A stretch of DNA of 64,000 bases from a virus (IMGVR_UViG_2534681834_000006); one strand, 5' to 3'; positions 1 through 11,763 are shown, counted from the stretch's first letter. A program made the numbers and translations. The notes: generated by a model from the letters alone, not told the origin.

Positions 1-345
1 GAGCTTCCGGCGTCTCCAGTAGAGTGGCTGACGGATAATGGTTCATGCTACCGGGCTAATGAAACACGGCAGTTTGCCCGGATGTGGGCTGAACCGAAGA
101 ACACGGCGGTGCGGAGTCCGGAGAGTAACGGCATAGCAGAGAGCTTCGTGAAAACGATAAAGCGTGACTACATCAGTGTCATGCCCAAACCAGACGGGTT
201 AACGGCAGCAAAGAACCTTGCAGAGGCATTCGAGCATTATAACGAATGGCATCCGCATAGTGCACTGGGTTATCGCTCGCCACGGGAATATCTACGGCAG
301 CAAGCCAGTAATGGGTTAAGTGATAACAGGTGTCTGGAAATATAG
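1..345 (+). CDS. insD: IS2 transposase OrfB, C-terminal fragment (5' end outside window)
   Basis: Frame open from nt 1; translation ...[15 protein letters not shown]...[15 protein letters not shown]...[12 protein letters not shown]...NRCLEI is the IS3-family integrase-core C terminus. Confidence 0.8.
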   Translation, partial: ELPASPVEWLTDNGSCYRANETRQFARMWAEPKNTAVRSPESNGIAESFVKTIKRDYISVMPKPDGLTAAKNLAEAFEHYNEWHPHSALGYRSPREYLRQQASNGLSDNRCLEI

Positions 346-356
346 GGGCAAATCCA
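1..356 (+). mobile_element. IS2 (IS3 family) insertion sequence, right-hand portion; the rest lies upstream of the window
   Basis: Sequence matches the IS2 right end as I recall it, terminating ...tataggggcaaatcca at 356; carries the 3' part of the orfB frame. Confidence 0.8.
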
Positions 357-2681
357 ATAGGTTCCCAGGCTGTTACCCGAATTGGTCAACATGAAATATG
401 TCTTTGAGCCATCGTTTCGGATAAAGAATCCGTAGCTTCCATAGGCAATGCGGAAACCATTTGCATATCTTGAAACGATCTCACCAGTAGCCGTTAAACC
501 GCCGTTGAGATTTCCTCCGGTTATTGGTAATGCGCCGACATCCGTGGCGGTCGGTTTAATGTGCGAACTGTAAATAACATATACCGTTCCATCAGTAAGA
601 CCAGTTGGTTTATCTACTGTGTAATTTGGTGATGTATGAATCGTTACGCTGGCGTTACTGGTATAATCCCACTGGATATTTACACCCGTGGCGTAATTAC
701 CTATTTCAACATAAACATCATAGGTATCACCGGATGTATTCACCCATGCAAAATTAGTAAATCCAACCGATGTCCGTCGCCATAACGCACCAGTAAGACC
801 TTTTGGATTCCCATTTCCCGCACGAAGAACAAGTTCAGATATACCAGCCTGCATAGGGGAGTTAACATTATATCCAGAACTACCAATCAGGCTTATGTAA
901 ACTACGGAACTTGCCTGTGGCATGGTTACAGTTGCCAGCTTGAACCATCCTGCACCACCAATAAAAGACATGGTTGTTGAGTTGATCGTGCCTATAGACC
1001 TTGGAGTTAGCTCAATGTTTTTAGAACCGTCAAACGACACCCCATTTATAGTTCTCGCGGTTTGTAACTTGGTCGCTGTAGCCGCGTTACCGGATGTATT
1101 CTGATTCCCCGCAACGTTAACACCAGGTAAATTAATATTCGCAGTACCATCAAATGCCACACCGCCAATCGTGCGTGCTGTTTTCAATTTCGTCGCGGTG
1201 TCGGCGTTCCCTGTCAGCGCCCCGGTGATCCCACCGTTGAAAGTCTGGCGTGCACTCCATGTGTTAGCCGTGCTCAACAGGGGGATCTTTTCACCGCTGG
1301 TACCGATTTCTCTTAAACCAAGGTATTGGATAACAGCCAGTGTGCTTGTTTTAGCCAGGATATCGCGACCGACTGACGTTAAATCAGTCTGGGAAACAGT
1401 GTCTGTACCGGTAAAGTACGGCAATTTATTTGCGCCAGTCGTAAGGCCAGCGAGCGCTGTTAAAGTTGCATCAAGTGGCTGTTTCCCTGCCAGCGCATTT
1501 GTCATTGTTGTCGCAAAGTTCGGGTCATTGCCAAGTGCTGCTGCAAGCTCATTCAGGGTATCAAGAGCTTCTGGTGATGAGCCGACCAATGCAGATATAG
1601 CAGCCCGTACGTAAGCAGTCGTAGCGATCTGCGTATTGTTTGTGCCCTGTGCAGCGGTAGGTGCAGTAGGGATACCCGTTAATGCAGGGCTTGCCAAAGG
1701 CGCTTTGAGAGCCAGGGCATTGTTGATAGTTGTGCTGAAATTCGGGTCGTTATTGATCGCAGCCGCAATTTCTTTCAACGTATCCAGTGCTCCAGGAGCA
1801 CCATTGATAAGTGCTGTTATAGCTGCCTTAACAAAGGCTGTGTTTGCGATCTGCGTGCTGTTTGTACTTTGCGCTGCCGTAGGCGCGGTTGGCGTTCCTG
1901 TAAGCTCTGGGCTTTCTATTGGCGCTTTGGTATCAGCCAGCTCTTTTACAGACTTAACGGCTTTAGGGGTAGCCGCCATTGTTTCGCTGTCGCTGTTAGT
2001 TGCGCTACTGAGCTGAACTAATCCCTTTTGTGTTGTGCTTGCATCCTGCGCCGTATACTTGCTTTTCGCCAGATCGTAGGCTTTTTTAACCGCCAGCGAA
2101 CTTGCAGCGACATCACTTCTGGTACTGGTTACAGAGTCGGAAATTTCAATGCCTATCGTGAGATCGATGCGGTCGGATACATCTATCATTTCCTGAGTAA
2201 TAGCAGATACGCCAGCAGGGATATTCACCGTACAAACAAGCAGTTCCCCATCTCCTAACTGATATGAATCGGTATAGGTTCTGGCAACAAATTCAGCCGC
2301 ATGAATATGTGACGCGGTATTAACCTGATAAGAATCTTCTCCAAGGAGGTATCTTCCCTTCAGCACAATTGCATATTTCTTACCTGCGCTAAGTGCAAGA
2401 GAAATATCCTTACGCTGCTGAATAGTTACCTGGTAGAATTCACCAATATTCACTGACGCCGCGCCAGCGGTTTTATCACCATCCACTGAGGTGATTAACA
2501 GGTTCATCCCACCGCCAGGCTTCGGCAGGAAACCAGCATAAAATCCAGGGTCAACAATTCCCCTGAATTTTCGGTTTAGCGCGGCTGACAGATATGGTTC
2601 GTGGTATTGCACATCAGCCACCAGAGCCAACGACTCGGGTGATGGGTAAGTAACCGATGTAACAACTGTAACGTCATTCAT
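270..2681 (-). CDS. side tail fibre protein (lambda Stf / P1 S-like); distal end replaced by IS2-derived sequence (chimeric or truncated)
   Basis: ATG at 2681 after an aaggat RBS; about 775 aa with Stf-type segments ([58 protein letters not shown]); the ORF reads across the IS2 boundary at 356 and stops at 270. Confidence 0.75.
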   Translation of the reverse strand: MNDVTVVTSVTYPSPESLALVADVQYHEPYLSAALNRKFRGIVDPGFYAGFLPKPGGGMNLLITSVDGDKTAGAASVNIGEFYQVTIQQRKDISLALSAGKKYAIVLKGRYLLGEDSYQVNTASHIHAAEFVARTYTDSYQLGDGELLVCTVNIPAGVSAITQEMIDVSDRIDLTIGIEISDSVTSTRSDVAASSLAVKKAYDLAKSKYTAQDASTTQKGLVQLSSATNSDSETMAATPKAVKSVKELADTKAPIESPELTGTPTAPTAAQSTNSTQIANTAFVKAAITALINGAPGALDTLKEIAAAINNDPNFSTTINNALALKAPLASPALTGIPTAPTAAQGTNNTQIATTAYVRAAISALVGSSPEALDTLNELAAALGNDPNFATTMTNALAGKQPLDATLTALAGLTTGANKLPYFTGTDTVSQTDLTSVGRDILAKTSTLAVIQYLGLREIGTSGEKIPLLSTANTWSARQTFNGGITGALTGNADTATKLKTARTIGGVAFDGTANINLPGVNVAGNQNTSGNAATATKLQTARTINGVSFDGSKNIELTPRSIGTINSTTMSFIGGAGWFKLATVTMPQASSVVYISLIGSSGYNVNSPMQAGISELVLRAGNGNPKGLTGALWRRTSVGFTNFAWVNTSGDTYDVYVEIGNYATGVNIQWDYTSNASVTIHTSPNYTVDKPTGLTDGTVYVIYSSHIKPTATDVGALPITGGNLNGGLTATGEIVSRYANGFRIAYGSYGFFIRNDGSKTYFMLTNSGNSLGTYWICPYISRHLLSLNPLLACCRRYSRGER

Positions 2682-2692
2682 CAAGCATATCC

Positions 2693-3127
2693 TTATGCTG
2701 TAGTCGTGTTTATGGCCATAACTGCGGTATATGTTTTGCCCACATACAGCGAGTCTTCCTGGACACAAATAATGGCGATTGGCTTGTTCTCGTTATCCAG
2801 AACAACCAGAGTGTTGAATGGGTAGTTTTTCCCTTCCTGCAACTGGCTTTGATCAAGGTCCATTCGGACAGTAATTATCCCGCCTGAGTAGGTTGGAACG
2901 AGGTCGATGGTGCAAAATTGACTTGTCAGTTCAGCCAGATCGAAAGCCTTTGGCAGTTCTCCAATCTCATAAGTACCATCTCCTTTCTTAGTAACCAGTG
3001 AACTGGTACCGAAAACGGCCTTACTGATTAAAAATCGAGAGCCTTTGTTAATGGACGATTCAGCGCGCCGCTGATAGTAATAGTCCAACAACTGACTCTT
3101 ATAGAGGTTTGTTGAGACGTCAGACAT
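2693..3127 (-). CDS. hypothetical protein immediately upstream of the tail fibre gene (tail fibre operon)
   Basis: 144-aa ORF, stop abuts the tail fibre start; no recognisable motif. Confidence 0.45.
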   Translation of the reverse strand: MSDVSTNLYKSQLLDYYYQRRAESSINKGSRFLISKAVFGTSSLVTKKGDGTYEIGELPKAFDLAELTSQFCTIDLVPTYSGGIITVRMDLDQSQLQEGKNYPFNTLVVLDNENKPIAIICVQEDSLYVGKTYTAVMAINTTTA

Positions 3128-3205
3128 GATTTTCCCTAATCAATGTTGTGAAGCCTCATTGTAAGAGAAGTAACTTGTCACCCCGCCCTACGGACGGGGT
3201 GATTG

Positions 3206-4045
3206 TCAGGCGTCGCTATCCAGCAACAAATCATCTGCGCGTGTGCGATCAAACGTAGGTGTCGCTTTCACAATAGTGCCACCAGGCGTTGCGGTGATCG
3301 GGGCGCTAATCGACGTAACTCCAGTAAGCGAAGTTGTATCCGAAGTTTCAAACCAGCAGAATGCTTTTTCGGTATCAGAAATCTCGTTCAAAGTGATCAT
3401 GTCGGCCTGTTCATTTACAACAACCGACAAATAGAGCGTAAGCCCATCAAACACTATATGCAGTGGCAGTAGAGGCTTTACGAACTGATTAAACTTTCTG
3501 AGAATTTCTTCTGTAATTGCGGACTGATCTATCGTGCCAGTAATACCCATTGTCCTAGCCAGGTCGTTTATGGGAATACTGATCATCCCTCTGGAAGTCA
3601 GAAACATCTCGCCGAATGTGCCGCCGGTAGTCTCCAGTGTGCTTTCTGGTATTAGAACTGTGCCATAGGGATGACGCTCAAGGTCCACCGGTGCATATAT
3701 CGGATCCCATAAAACAGAAATACCGTTAAATTCGCGGTAAATTGTCTGGTTTATAGGGCGTTCAGTTCCCTTAAAGTGGATCTCGTCAAGCCGCTGTTGT
3801 AACAGCATTGGTACGGAAGACGAATTCGACGTTCTGATAGTAAAGAACTGGCCAAGTTCATTTGTCCTGGTCTCCAGATCTTCCTTGCTCATGGAGAAAA
3901 TAGACTTCCGGTTGGTAATTCGCTCCAACCATGGGTCAACAAAAGTGTCCATCATTGACTGAACCAAATCAGCCAATGATTTATAGAGCAATGACTTTTG
4001 CTTAGCTGATGTAAGCCGGTTATTAAACCAGGAACGTTGCATCAC
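3206..4045 (-). CDS. phage tail/baseplate-module protein (function unknown)
   Basis: 279-aa ORF in a tightly packed same-strand operon; start overlaps the upstream stop (ATGA). Confidence 0.45.
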   Translation of the reverse strand: MMQRSWFNNRLTSAKQKSLLYKSLADLVQSMMDTFVDPWLERITNRKSIFSMSKEDLETRTNELGQFFTIRTSNSSSVPMLLQQRLDEIHFKGTERPINQTIYREFNGISVLWDPIYAPVDLERHPYGTVLIPESTLETTGGTFGEMFLTSRGMISIPINDLARTMGITGTIDQSAITEEILRKFNQFVKPLLPLHIVFDGLTLYLSVVVNEQADMITLNEISDTEKAFCWFETSDTTSLTGVTSISAPITATPGGTIVKATPTFDRTRADDLLLDSDA

Positions 4046-5475
4046 TCCTCCTCATACGAAATATTAAAGGTGGAGTTTTCTGTATCCAGATAAACGAAAT
4101 CGAAAAATCCGTTGGACTCATTCCACTCGACAAATTCCAGATAAAAATCGCGGAAATAGCCAAGCGTTTCGATATACGCCCAAACGTCTTTTTTCTTAAT
4201 CAGGATGTACTTACCAACGCGGTTTGGGTCGAAGAAAGCTGAGTCACGCCCGAATTTTGTTTCCAGCGCCGACGTCAGTTCATCGGTCACGTTTTCAATG
4301 GTCAGGCTTGCCGATATCCGCCCGGTGATTGTTATCTTAAATGGTAGTTTTCTGACCTCTTTATAAGAGAATTTCTTGTTCAGCTCATTCGGCACCTTCT
4401 TAAAGGCAGCCAGGATCATTTCTTCAAGTTCTGACTGACTTTTATTTGGATGCCACCCTGAAATAAATATCTTATTGATATTCTGAACATTATAAGCACC
4501 ATCTAATTTCTCTTGCTGGCCCTCACCCCATGCCTTTACCCAGGACAGGCCTGGGATGTTACGCACCAGAAAATACGTATAATCCCCGCCCCATACGACC
4601 TGATCATCATAGGCAAGGTAATATTGTGCACGGTTACGTGTGATCTCCGTTGTTTCAGCATCGGTACCTGCGGTTATAGGTGTCGTTGTCTTAACTGAAA
4701 TCAAATTAGCTAAATTAGCCGCAGAATCGACAGGCGTCAGGTTTTGGCCAGCAACCAGGGTTATATCGCCGTTGGTGCACCATACCTTAAGCGTAATTGT
4801 CGAGCCTTCTGGCGGTATTTGCCCAATTAGCCCATCGCCGAATCGAACCCCCAACTGCTCGGATGGTTTATAAAACTCAACGTAGACCTGGCTTTTACTA
4901 CCGGCTAACCGGAACATAGTGCTGGAAGACCACTGCGTGGTCTTACCATCGGTCGTCACGAATACTTCCAGCTTATAGCAGACAGCAGTGAGAGCCTTTG
5001 ATAACACGACTTCCAGAAATTCTTTGGCTGCCGTAACGGTATATGTCACCTCCTGGATTTCCAACTGTGCCACTTCTACCGTACCGGTGCCGTCAACCAA
5101 CCTGCATACATCCATAGTCATGTAAGGGTACTGGTCGTCAGATATTAAAGGCATGTTTTTGGGGATTACCGCTGGGGCGTCTTCACTTGTGGCAGTGATC
5201 TCAATCATCCCCGATGACGGTGTTGGCTTGGTACCAACGTAACTATTCGTTTCTGCCGCTGCCAGGATAGAGGAACGCCGCGTCGCGGTCGATATAAAGC
5301 CTTCAGCCAGCGCCGCATCGGCATACTGAAAGCACCTGTAGACAATCTGGGTAATAAACAATGTCAGCATCGAGACAAATTGAGAGCCGACAAACTTCGA
5401 CCAGAATGAATCTTTCTCGACAAGCTCTTCAAACTCTGCACGAATACTGTCTTTAGTCGGTGTTGTTTTACTCAT
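4042..5475 (-). CDS. phage tail/baseplate-module protein (function unknown)
   Basis: 477-aa ORF, translationally coupled to its neighbours between sit and the tail fibre gene. Confidence 0.45.
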   Translation of the reverse strand: MSKTTPTKDSIRAEFEELVEKDSFWSKFVGSQFVSMLTLFITQIVYRCFQYADAALAEGFISTATRRSSILAAAETNSYVGTKPTPSSGMIEITATSEDAPAVIPKNMPLISDDQYPYMTMDVCRLVDGTGTVEVAQLEIQEVTYTVTAAKEFLEVVLSKALTAVCYKLEVFVTTDGKTTQWSSSTMFRLAGSKSQVYVEFYKPSEQLGVRFGDGLIGQIPPEGSTITLKVWCTNGDITLVAGQNLTPVDSAANLANLISVKTTTPITAGTDAETTEITRNRAQYYLAYDDQVVWGGDYTYFLVRNIPGLSWVKAWGEGQQEKLDGAYNVQNINKIFISGWHPNKSQSELEEMILAAFKKVPNELNKKFSYKEVRKLPFKITITGRISASLTIENVTDELTSALETKFGRDSAFFDPNRVGKYILIKKKDVWAYIETLGYFRDFYLEFVEWNESNGFFDFVYLDTENSTFNISYEEE

Positions 5476-5831
5476 AGCACCACGTCCTGTGTGATAGTTA
5501 TATCCCTGATACGAATGGATATTTTCAACTTATCAAAAGCATCTCCCTCGGCAACTGACAAGCCAGAAATCGGTATGTCAGGTAAATCTACCGTCAGTTT
5601 TTGCAACAGCATTGCCTCAACCGCAATTTGAACATGCGACAAGTTGGTCGGTTCGTGTTTAAACTGCGGTAAAACATTGCCCCATGACGGATCCCCGTAT
5701 ACCTCACCCTGATAAGTGTTTAGCCACTCATATAAACGAGCGCCCCAGGCCTCCTCCTGGGACTCATACGTTTTTACGCCGGATAACTCCAGCGTCAGCA
5801 AAGGATCAATTTCGTTATTGTTGGCCATCAA
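5472..5831 (-). CDS. hypothetical phage protein
   Basis: 119-aa ORF overlapping the sit stop by 4 nt. Confidence 0.4.
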   Translation of the reverse strand: MMANNNEIDPLLTLELSGVKTYESQEEAWGARLYEWLNTYQGEVYGDPSWGNVLPQFKHEPTNLSHVQIAVEAMLLQKLTVDLPDIPISGLSVAEGDAFDKLKISIRIRDITITQDVVL

Positions 5832-8800
5832 TCAACTCTCGCGTAGTCATTCATCAACGGATCATCAATTGACAGTGGTACCGTGCGCATAACGCCCGGC
5901 TGAGGCGTGCTGACCTTTACGACAGTTCCCTGGCCTTTCGCCGAGTCTTTGGTGTGCTCTTCAATCCTGGCAAGTAATGAGGTCATCTGCGCAAACAGCC
6001 GCTTCGTTTCACCATCAAGTGAAACGGTATTATCAGCCAACTGCATTGTCGGCTTGGCACCGGAACCACCAAGGTCACTAATAACCTGTCCGTCTATCTG
6101 CATACGACCGGTTGGTTGCTGCAAATCGTTGGCGGCAGTCGTCACCTGGGACGTGGAGGCTGGTTCAGGCGCATTATTTTTCCGCATCCCCGGCGAGTTG
6201 CGGAGTTTATCGAATAGTCCATCAATCCCCATTTGTGCGCCGAGTTGGTCAAAGTAACTTGAGTTGCTGGTCACCGGACGCGCCTCTTCAACTGGCATCG
6301 GAGTATCAACATACACATTGCCAGCTGCTGTTGCGGTCCCCTTCCCTCGTGCACGTTCTTCGAGCGTTCCCTGAACGACTTCCCGACGCATACCCCGGCC
6401 ATTCATGAATTTGTTGACCAGATCGTTAACGCCAACAGCATTGCCGATTTTGTCTACCAGACCGCCTTTCTCAAACGGGCTATCACCAGGGGTAAACGCC
6501 AGGCCAGTAGACTGATCGATAACAGCGTTATCAGGCAGTGGTCCCCTCACTCCATATTGCGCCCCACCCTGTGCTCCTGCTCCAGGTGTATAGATTTCAC
6601 CACCTAAATAGCGAGCACGATGAGTATTGACCTTGATCGCGTACTCACGGTTTTCTTTCGATAAGTCACCTGTGCCTTTTTTCCACTTATTGATAGTGCC
6701 AAACCCAGCGTTATATGCAGTGATGGCCTCGTTTAAGTCTCCATTGGCTTGCTTCAGATACTTGCTCATGAGAAGAGCCGCAGCTTCTGCCGATTTCACA
6801 GGATCAAACGATTCACCTTCAGCTAAGCCAGTCTCTTCACGAGCAATCCCCGTGAACTGAAACATTCCCAGAGCACCGGTTTGGGATTTTGCATACGGAT
6901 TACCACCAGATTCAGTTGCAGCAATCGCGTAAAGAGTGCCTTCTGGAAGACCATATTTATTCTCTAGTTCAGCAAAATACGGAGCCAACTTATCGAGATT
7001 TGCCTTACCTTCAGATCCAAGACTTCCGACTTTTACATCCAAGCGGCCATTGTTGTAGGTATCCGCAGCTTTCTGAATGTCATTCCTGGTGCCAGTGGTA
7101 TTAAGCGACGATGATGACGAGCTATTTTGACCAATAGCTTTATCAATTTTCTGCAACGCGCTATTGCCCGTTTCTGCGGCATTTGCATTGATAATCTGAT
7201 TCGCAGTTTCTTTAACTGTTTTATTGCTATCTTTCGCCGTGTCCAGTGCCGCATTTATCACGCGGGTAACAATATTAGTCTGTTTGGCATCGGATTCAGT
7301 TTTAGAATCAGATGTCTCCTGGTGGCTATTAACCGGAGCTTTTAACTCTGGAGCGATTTCTTTCGCATTAGCCTCGCCGATCGGATTGGGTATTTTTGAT
7401 ACAATCATTGCCGCAGGGGTATTTTTAACGGCATCAACCGCTGCATCTAATGCTTTACCAGGTAAATTTTTAACCCCATCCCAAATATTACCAGCCGCCT
7501 CTTTAATGTGTTTCCCTGGGTTCTTAATGAAATCAATTGCACTATCAATTGCATCACTGAAAACCTGTTTCAGGTTATCAACAGTAAAGAAGTCTTTGAT
7601 GGCATCCAGCTTTTCAAGCAGCTTATTAGATGTATCGCTAAACCATGCTGAAACAGCATCACCAATCTTTGCTGTGTAATCTTCGAACTTGGTAGAAATG
7701 GTGTCGCCAAGGTTAGAAATATATGTTTCTAAGTTGGTAATCCCACTATCAATGGCCTGGGCAATACTTTCCGTCGAAAATGATTGCAACATATTGCCGA
7801 TATCCTCAAATCCAAGTGATTTGAGAACCTCACCAATGGCGCTGCTAATACCAGATACCAGTCCCCCCATATCAAGAACATTGGCTAACGTATAAGCGGC
7901 TTTTTGCTGGAATGATGGATCTTGTCCTGATTTAAGCCCAAACGCTCGACGTTGCGCTTCTGTATCATTCCAACCGGTTACCGCATCATAAATACCTCCA
8001 GCCACTGTGCCGACTAAGGGAATTGCGCGTAACGCCCCTTTACCAACTGCCTTTAATCCAAGTTTACCTGCTGCCCGGGCAGCCAAATCTCCACCTTCAT
8101 GGGCGATAGTCTTCTTGCCACCACCGCGTAGCATTCCTACAAGTTTCTTTGCCCCCAGAGCGCCAAAAGCGAGTGCTCCAGCTTTTTTCAGCATGCCACG
8201 CCCCATTAACAACGACGCGACGCCACCGGCCCCCTTCCCTAACAGGCTAAATAGTTTGGACAGCAAGCCGCCCTTCTTTTTCCCGGTGTTTTTGGCTATC
8301 TGATCAAGGGCGCTGAGAATCTTGTCATTGCCCTCTTTAATTTCGCTGGTCTGCTCCTGAAGTTCCTGAACTGTCCGTTTTTGGGTGTTAACCTGAACGA
8401 CATCGGCACTATTTTGCGATTTACGCCTAAAAAAACCTTTTCTACGGCTGTTATCGTCATTGCCACGAATCACATCGGCAATAGACTTTCTGGCACCATT
8501 AAGCGATCCACCAACTTCTTTTGATATCCCGCCAAGCTCCTTCCCTGCTGCCCACAATGGACCAGCAACGGCATAACCTAACGCATCAACGGCACGAGTC
8601 TCTGAAGGGTTACCTATGCCTTCAGCTACTTTTGACAGTTTTTTTAATAAACCTGATTCAGCATTTAGACGCTCATCATCCTCTTTGCGCCTGGCCTTTT
8701 CAGCACGTTCAGCACGGGCATCTTCCGCTGCGGCCTTACTCCCTGACTTTCCAATAAAACGACCACGCGCATCGCGTTGGTTTTGGCTTTTTTGCGCACC

Positions 8801-9517
8801 GCCTTTTTGATCGAACATTTCGCGAGCGTGTTCGGCTGCTTCGGTCCGTTGTGCCTTTATATCCTCTGGTATAGCCTTCCTGCGTCGTTTTTTACCCTTT
8901 GGTGTAGTTGATTTGGCCTGCTGTTCCTGTTGAGCAATGCCCTCCTGAACTACACGAGAAACGTCCCCTAAATTAAGCCGTTTCATTGCGTCAACAATAG
9001 GGTCTACTGATGGCGCATTGGCCACAAAGTCTGGCCGGGAATTTTCGATTGTTCGATTTAATGCCGACACACTGCGAGATACTGGGTCAACCGTTGCAAC
9101 GCGTTCCCCTTTCAAATCACGAGCGAGTTTGACCGTTTCTAACCGCTGTGCTTTAACATCCTCTGTTATTGCCTCTCTTCGTCTATTTGGGGGATTGTGC
9201 GCTGTTGGTGCAGCCTGCTGTGCACGGTTAGTGACTTTGTCCTCCCGTATACGAGAAACGTCCCCTAAATTAAGCCGTTTTATTGCGTCAACAATAGGGT
9301 CCACTGATGGCGCATTGGTCACAAAGTCAGGACGTGAATTTTCGATTGTGCGATTTAATGCCGACACACTGCGAGAGACAGGATCAACAGTTGCAACTCG
9401 TTCCCCTTTCAAATCTTCAACAGCTTCCCGAATACCTGCAAGCTCTTCCAGCTCTTTCGCGCTGGCGGTTTCAACTGTCCTTATAACATCGTCAATATTG
9501 GCGTTTTTTCTTTCCAT
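5828..9517 (-). CDS. sit: tail tape-measure / internal virion protein with soluble lytic transglycosylase domain (P1 Sit-like)
   Basis: 1229 aa; SLT motif ...ESGGNPYAKSQTGALGMFQF...AYNAG; Gly/Ala/Lys-rich central region; internal tandem duplication near the N terminus. Confidence 0.8.
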   Translation of the reverse strand: MERKNANIDDVIRTVETASAKELEELAGIREAVEDLKGERVATVDPVSRSVSALNRTIENSRPDFVTNAPSVDPIVDAIKRLNLGDVSRIREDKVTNRAQQAAPTAHNPPNRRREAITEDVKAQRLETVKLARDLKGERVATVDPVSRSVSALNRTIENSRPDFVANAPSVDPIVDAMKRLNLGDVSRVVQEGIAQQEQQAKSTTPKGKKRRRKAIPEDIKAQRTEAAEHAREMFDQKGGAQKSQNQRDARGRFIGKSGSKAAAEDARAERAEKARRKEDDERLNAESGLLKKLSKVAEGIGNPSETRAVDALGYAVAGPLWAAGKELGGISKEVGGSLNGARKSIADVIRGNDDNSRRKGFFRRKSQNSADVVQVNTQKRTVQELQEQTSEIKEGNDKILSALDQIAKNTGKKKGGLLSKLFSLLGKGAGGVASLLMGRGMLKKAGALAFGALGAKKLVGMLRGGGKKTIAHEGGDLAARAAGKLGLKAVGKGALRAIPLVGTVAGGIYDAVTGWNDTEAQRRAFGLKSGQDPSFQQKAAYTLANVLDMGGLVSGISSAIGEVLKSLGFEDIGNMLQSFSTESIAQAIDSGITNLETYISNLGDTISTKFEDYTAKIGDAVSAWFSDTSNKLLEKLDAIKDFFTVDNLKQVFSDAIDSAIDFIKNPGKHIKEAAGNIWDGVKNLPGKALDAAVDAVKNTPAAMIVSKIPNPIGEANAKEIAPELKAPVNSHQETSDSKTESDAKQTNIVTRVINAALDTAKDSNKTVKETANQIINANAAETGNSALQKIDKAIGQNSSSSSSLNTTGTRNDIQKAADTYNNGRLDVKVGSLGSEGKANLDKLAPYFAELENKYGLPEGTLYAIAATESGGNPYAKSQTGALGMFQFTGIAREETGLAEGESFDPVKSAEAAALLMSKYLKQANGDLNEAITAYNAGFGTINKWKKGTGDLSKENREYAIKVNTHRARYLGGEIYTPGAGAQGGAQYGVRGPLPDNAVIDQSTGLAFTPGDSPFEKGGLVDKIGNAVGVNDLVNKFMNGRGMRREVVQGTLEERARGKGTATAAGNVYVDTPMPVEEARPVTSNSSYFDQLGAQMGIDGLFDKLRNSPGMRKNNAPEPASTSQVTTAANDLQQPTGRMQIDGQVISDLGGSGAKPTMQLADNTVSLDGETKRLFAQMTSLLARIEEHTKDSAKGQGTVVKVSTPQPGVMRTVPLSIDDPLMNDYARVD
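9000..9420. repeat. internal tandem duplication (two units of about 0.3 kb period) inside sit
   Basis: Protein segment ERVATVDPVSRSVSALNRTIENSRPDFV.NAPSVDPIVDA.KRLNLGDVSR occurs twice; DNA around 9020-9120 and 9320-9420 is nearly identical. Confidence 0.6.
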
Positions 9518-9598
9518 GATCTTATCGCCTACCGTTTCGGTTTAAGTTTTTCTTCCAGTTTCTCCAACAGGAAAAACGCATAGGATTCAGTAAGCCTT

Positions 9599-10480
9599 TC
9601 AGCGTCCTGAATCGGTATACCCCCATACAAAACCAGGTTGGACACTAAGGTCTGATAGCTTTTCAATCCCCACCTGTGGAATGAAGTCGGTAGCCCGAAA
9701 GGGCACCCACAGACGGGTATATGCACCCTCTGTGGACTCCTTTTTATCCTGATTTGGGCATTTATGCGGCGGGAGACGAAGACGCATTTCACCTTTATCG
9801 ATGTAGCACGGTAAACCATGTTCGAGCTTTTCATGAGCCAGTCGGATGTGTGCCGCCAGCTTCATAAATTCAGTATCAATGGCCATCCGTTTAATCGTTT
9901 CATAACGACGCTCAGCCTGATCTTCACGAGTACCGCTAACATCGTTATAAAGCTCACACTGATAAGCGAATTCCCAAAAACGCAAATCAACGATCGCTTC
10001 TTTGAATTCCGCGTCGTCTTCAGGTGGCAATGCTGCACGGCGCATCTCCAGCATTTCCATTGCCCAACCATCAAGCGGCACGATACGCCATTGATAAGGT
10101 ACTCCCTCTACAGACACCTCAATATCGTCAATGAAAGGTTCCACTTCCAGGACCTGGATATCTTCAGCCAGAGCATTCATATCGCAATCGTAATAATGCT
10201 CTTTACCGCAATGTTTACAGGTGTAGGTGAATGTCTCGACCGGTGTTTCACGGGAGCCGGTAAATATCCACCATAACGCGGTAATCCGGTCCTGCGCCGT
10301 CCATGTCAGGGGATCATGTTTCGCGGGTTCAGCCAGCAAGGCTTTTAAATACGCCGTTGTCTGTTGTTCTTGTTCCTCCGGTGTTATCGAGTTGAAACGC
10401 ATCGCATCAGCAATATTTGGCTGACGGAACTGGATCAATTCAGTTGGCCGCGATGGTAGCGGGAAAAGAGGTAAAAGCAT
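9599..10480 (-). CDS. hypothetical phage protein
   Basis: 293-aa ORF, same-strand block upstream of sit. Confidence 0.4.
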   Translation of the reverse strand: MLLPLFPLPSRPTELIQFRQPNIADAMRFNSITPEEQEQQTTAYLKALLAEPAKHDPLTWTAQDRITALWWIFTGSRETPVETFTYTCKHCGKEHYYDCDMNALAEDIQVLEVEPFIDDIEVSVEGVPYQWRIVPLDGWAMEMLEMRRAALPPEDDAEFKEAIVDLRFWEFAYQCELYNDVSGTREDQAERRYETIKRMAIDTEFMKLAAHIRLAHEKLEHGLPCYIDKGEMRLRLPPHKCPNQDKKESTEGAYTRLWVPFRATDFIPQVGIEKLSDLSVQPGFVWGYTDSGR

Positions 10481-10494
10481 CCTTGCTCCTTAAT

Positions 10495-11106
10495 TCAAAG
10501 AGAAAAGCTAAAGCCCAGAAGGGAAGCCAAAGAACTTGAGGATTGGTTAAACGTGCTGTGCAATGCGAAGGTCATTGGGAATGACTTAAATTCAGTAACC
10601 TGATCTCGCGCATAGGTGACATCGCCGGTAGTGACCGGGAATACCGTCATCTCATTTTCCAGTTTGGTTAAGCCGGAAGACAGCAACCGATAAATACGCA
10701 CATTGAGCAAATATTTAGACGGTATATTCCCGGTACCGTCCGGATTGATCACCCGACTTTTTGCCGTCTTAAACCAGTCCAAAACGAGGCCATCAACGGT
10801 ATCCCTGACCATCATTGTTATCTGCCCAGGCGAACGCTCCGTTGGTTGAAGGATATTCCCTCCGCCGATTTTAATCGTTTCATATTCGATGCTGTAATCG
10901 TGGTAGGTAATATCTTTGGCAAAGAAGTCTGCCCCCTCCAGTCCATCAACTTCGACAGAGAACTGCCATCCTTGCGCGAACAGCATTTTGTTCATGATGA
11001 TTGACGTCAGCTTACCAACTTCCCGTTCACCAACGCCGGAGCCAAATAATGTCGTCGTTAATGCCGAAGATACATAAGACTTTACTGAAGCAACATTAAA
11101 CCCCAT
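10495..11106 (-). CDS. phage structural protein, possibly tail tube
   Basis: 203-aa ORF by size and position; no diagnostic motif. Confidence 0.35.
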   Translation of the reverse strand: MGFNVASVKSYVSSALTTTLFGSGVGEREVGKLTSIIMNKMLFAQGWQFSVEVDGLEGADFFAKDITYHDYSIEYETIKIGGGNILQPTERSPGQITMMVRDTVDGLVLDWFKTAKSRVINPDGTGNIPSKYLLNVRIYRLLSSGLTKLENEMTVFPVTTGDVTYARDQVTEFKSFPMTFALHSTFNQSSSSLASLLGFSFSL

Positions 11107-11116
11107 ATCAGCCCTC

Positions 11117-11707
<591 letters not shown>

Positions 11708-11763
11708 TTAACAGATTCTACGAGTTGTCATTTGTGACAGTATGCTCGCAATCGTAGTGATTA

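Noticed and set aside
5907-9545. Many plus-strand track ORFs inside the sit gene (for example 7224-7679, 9018-9545)
   Set aside because: They are antisense to a long gene with clear domain content (SLT motif); the 9018-9545 ORF merely mirrors the internal duplication
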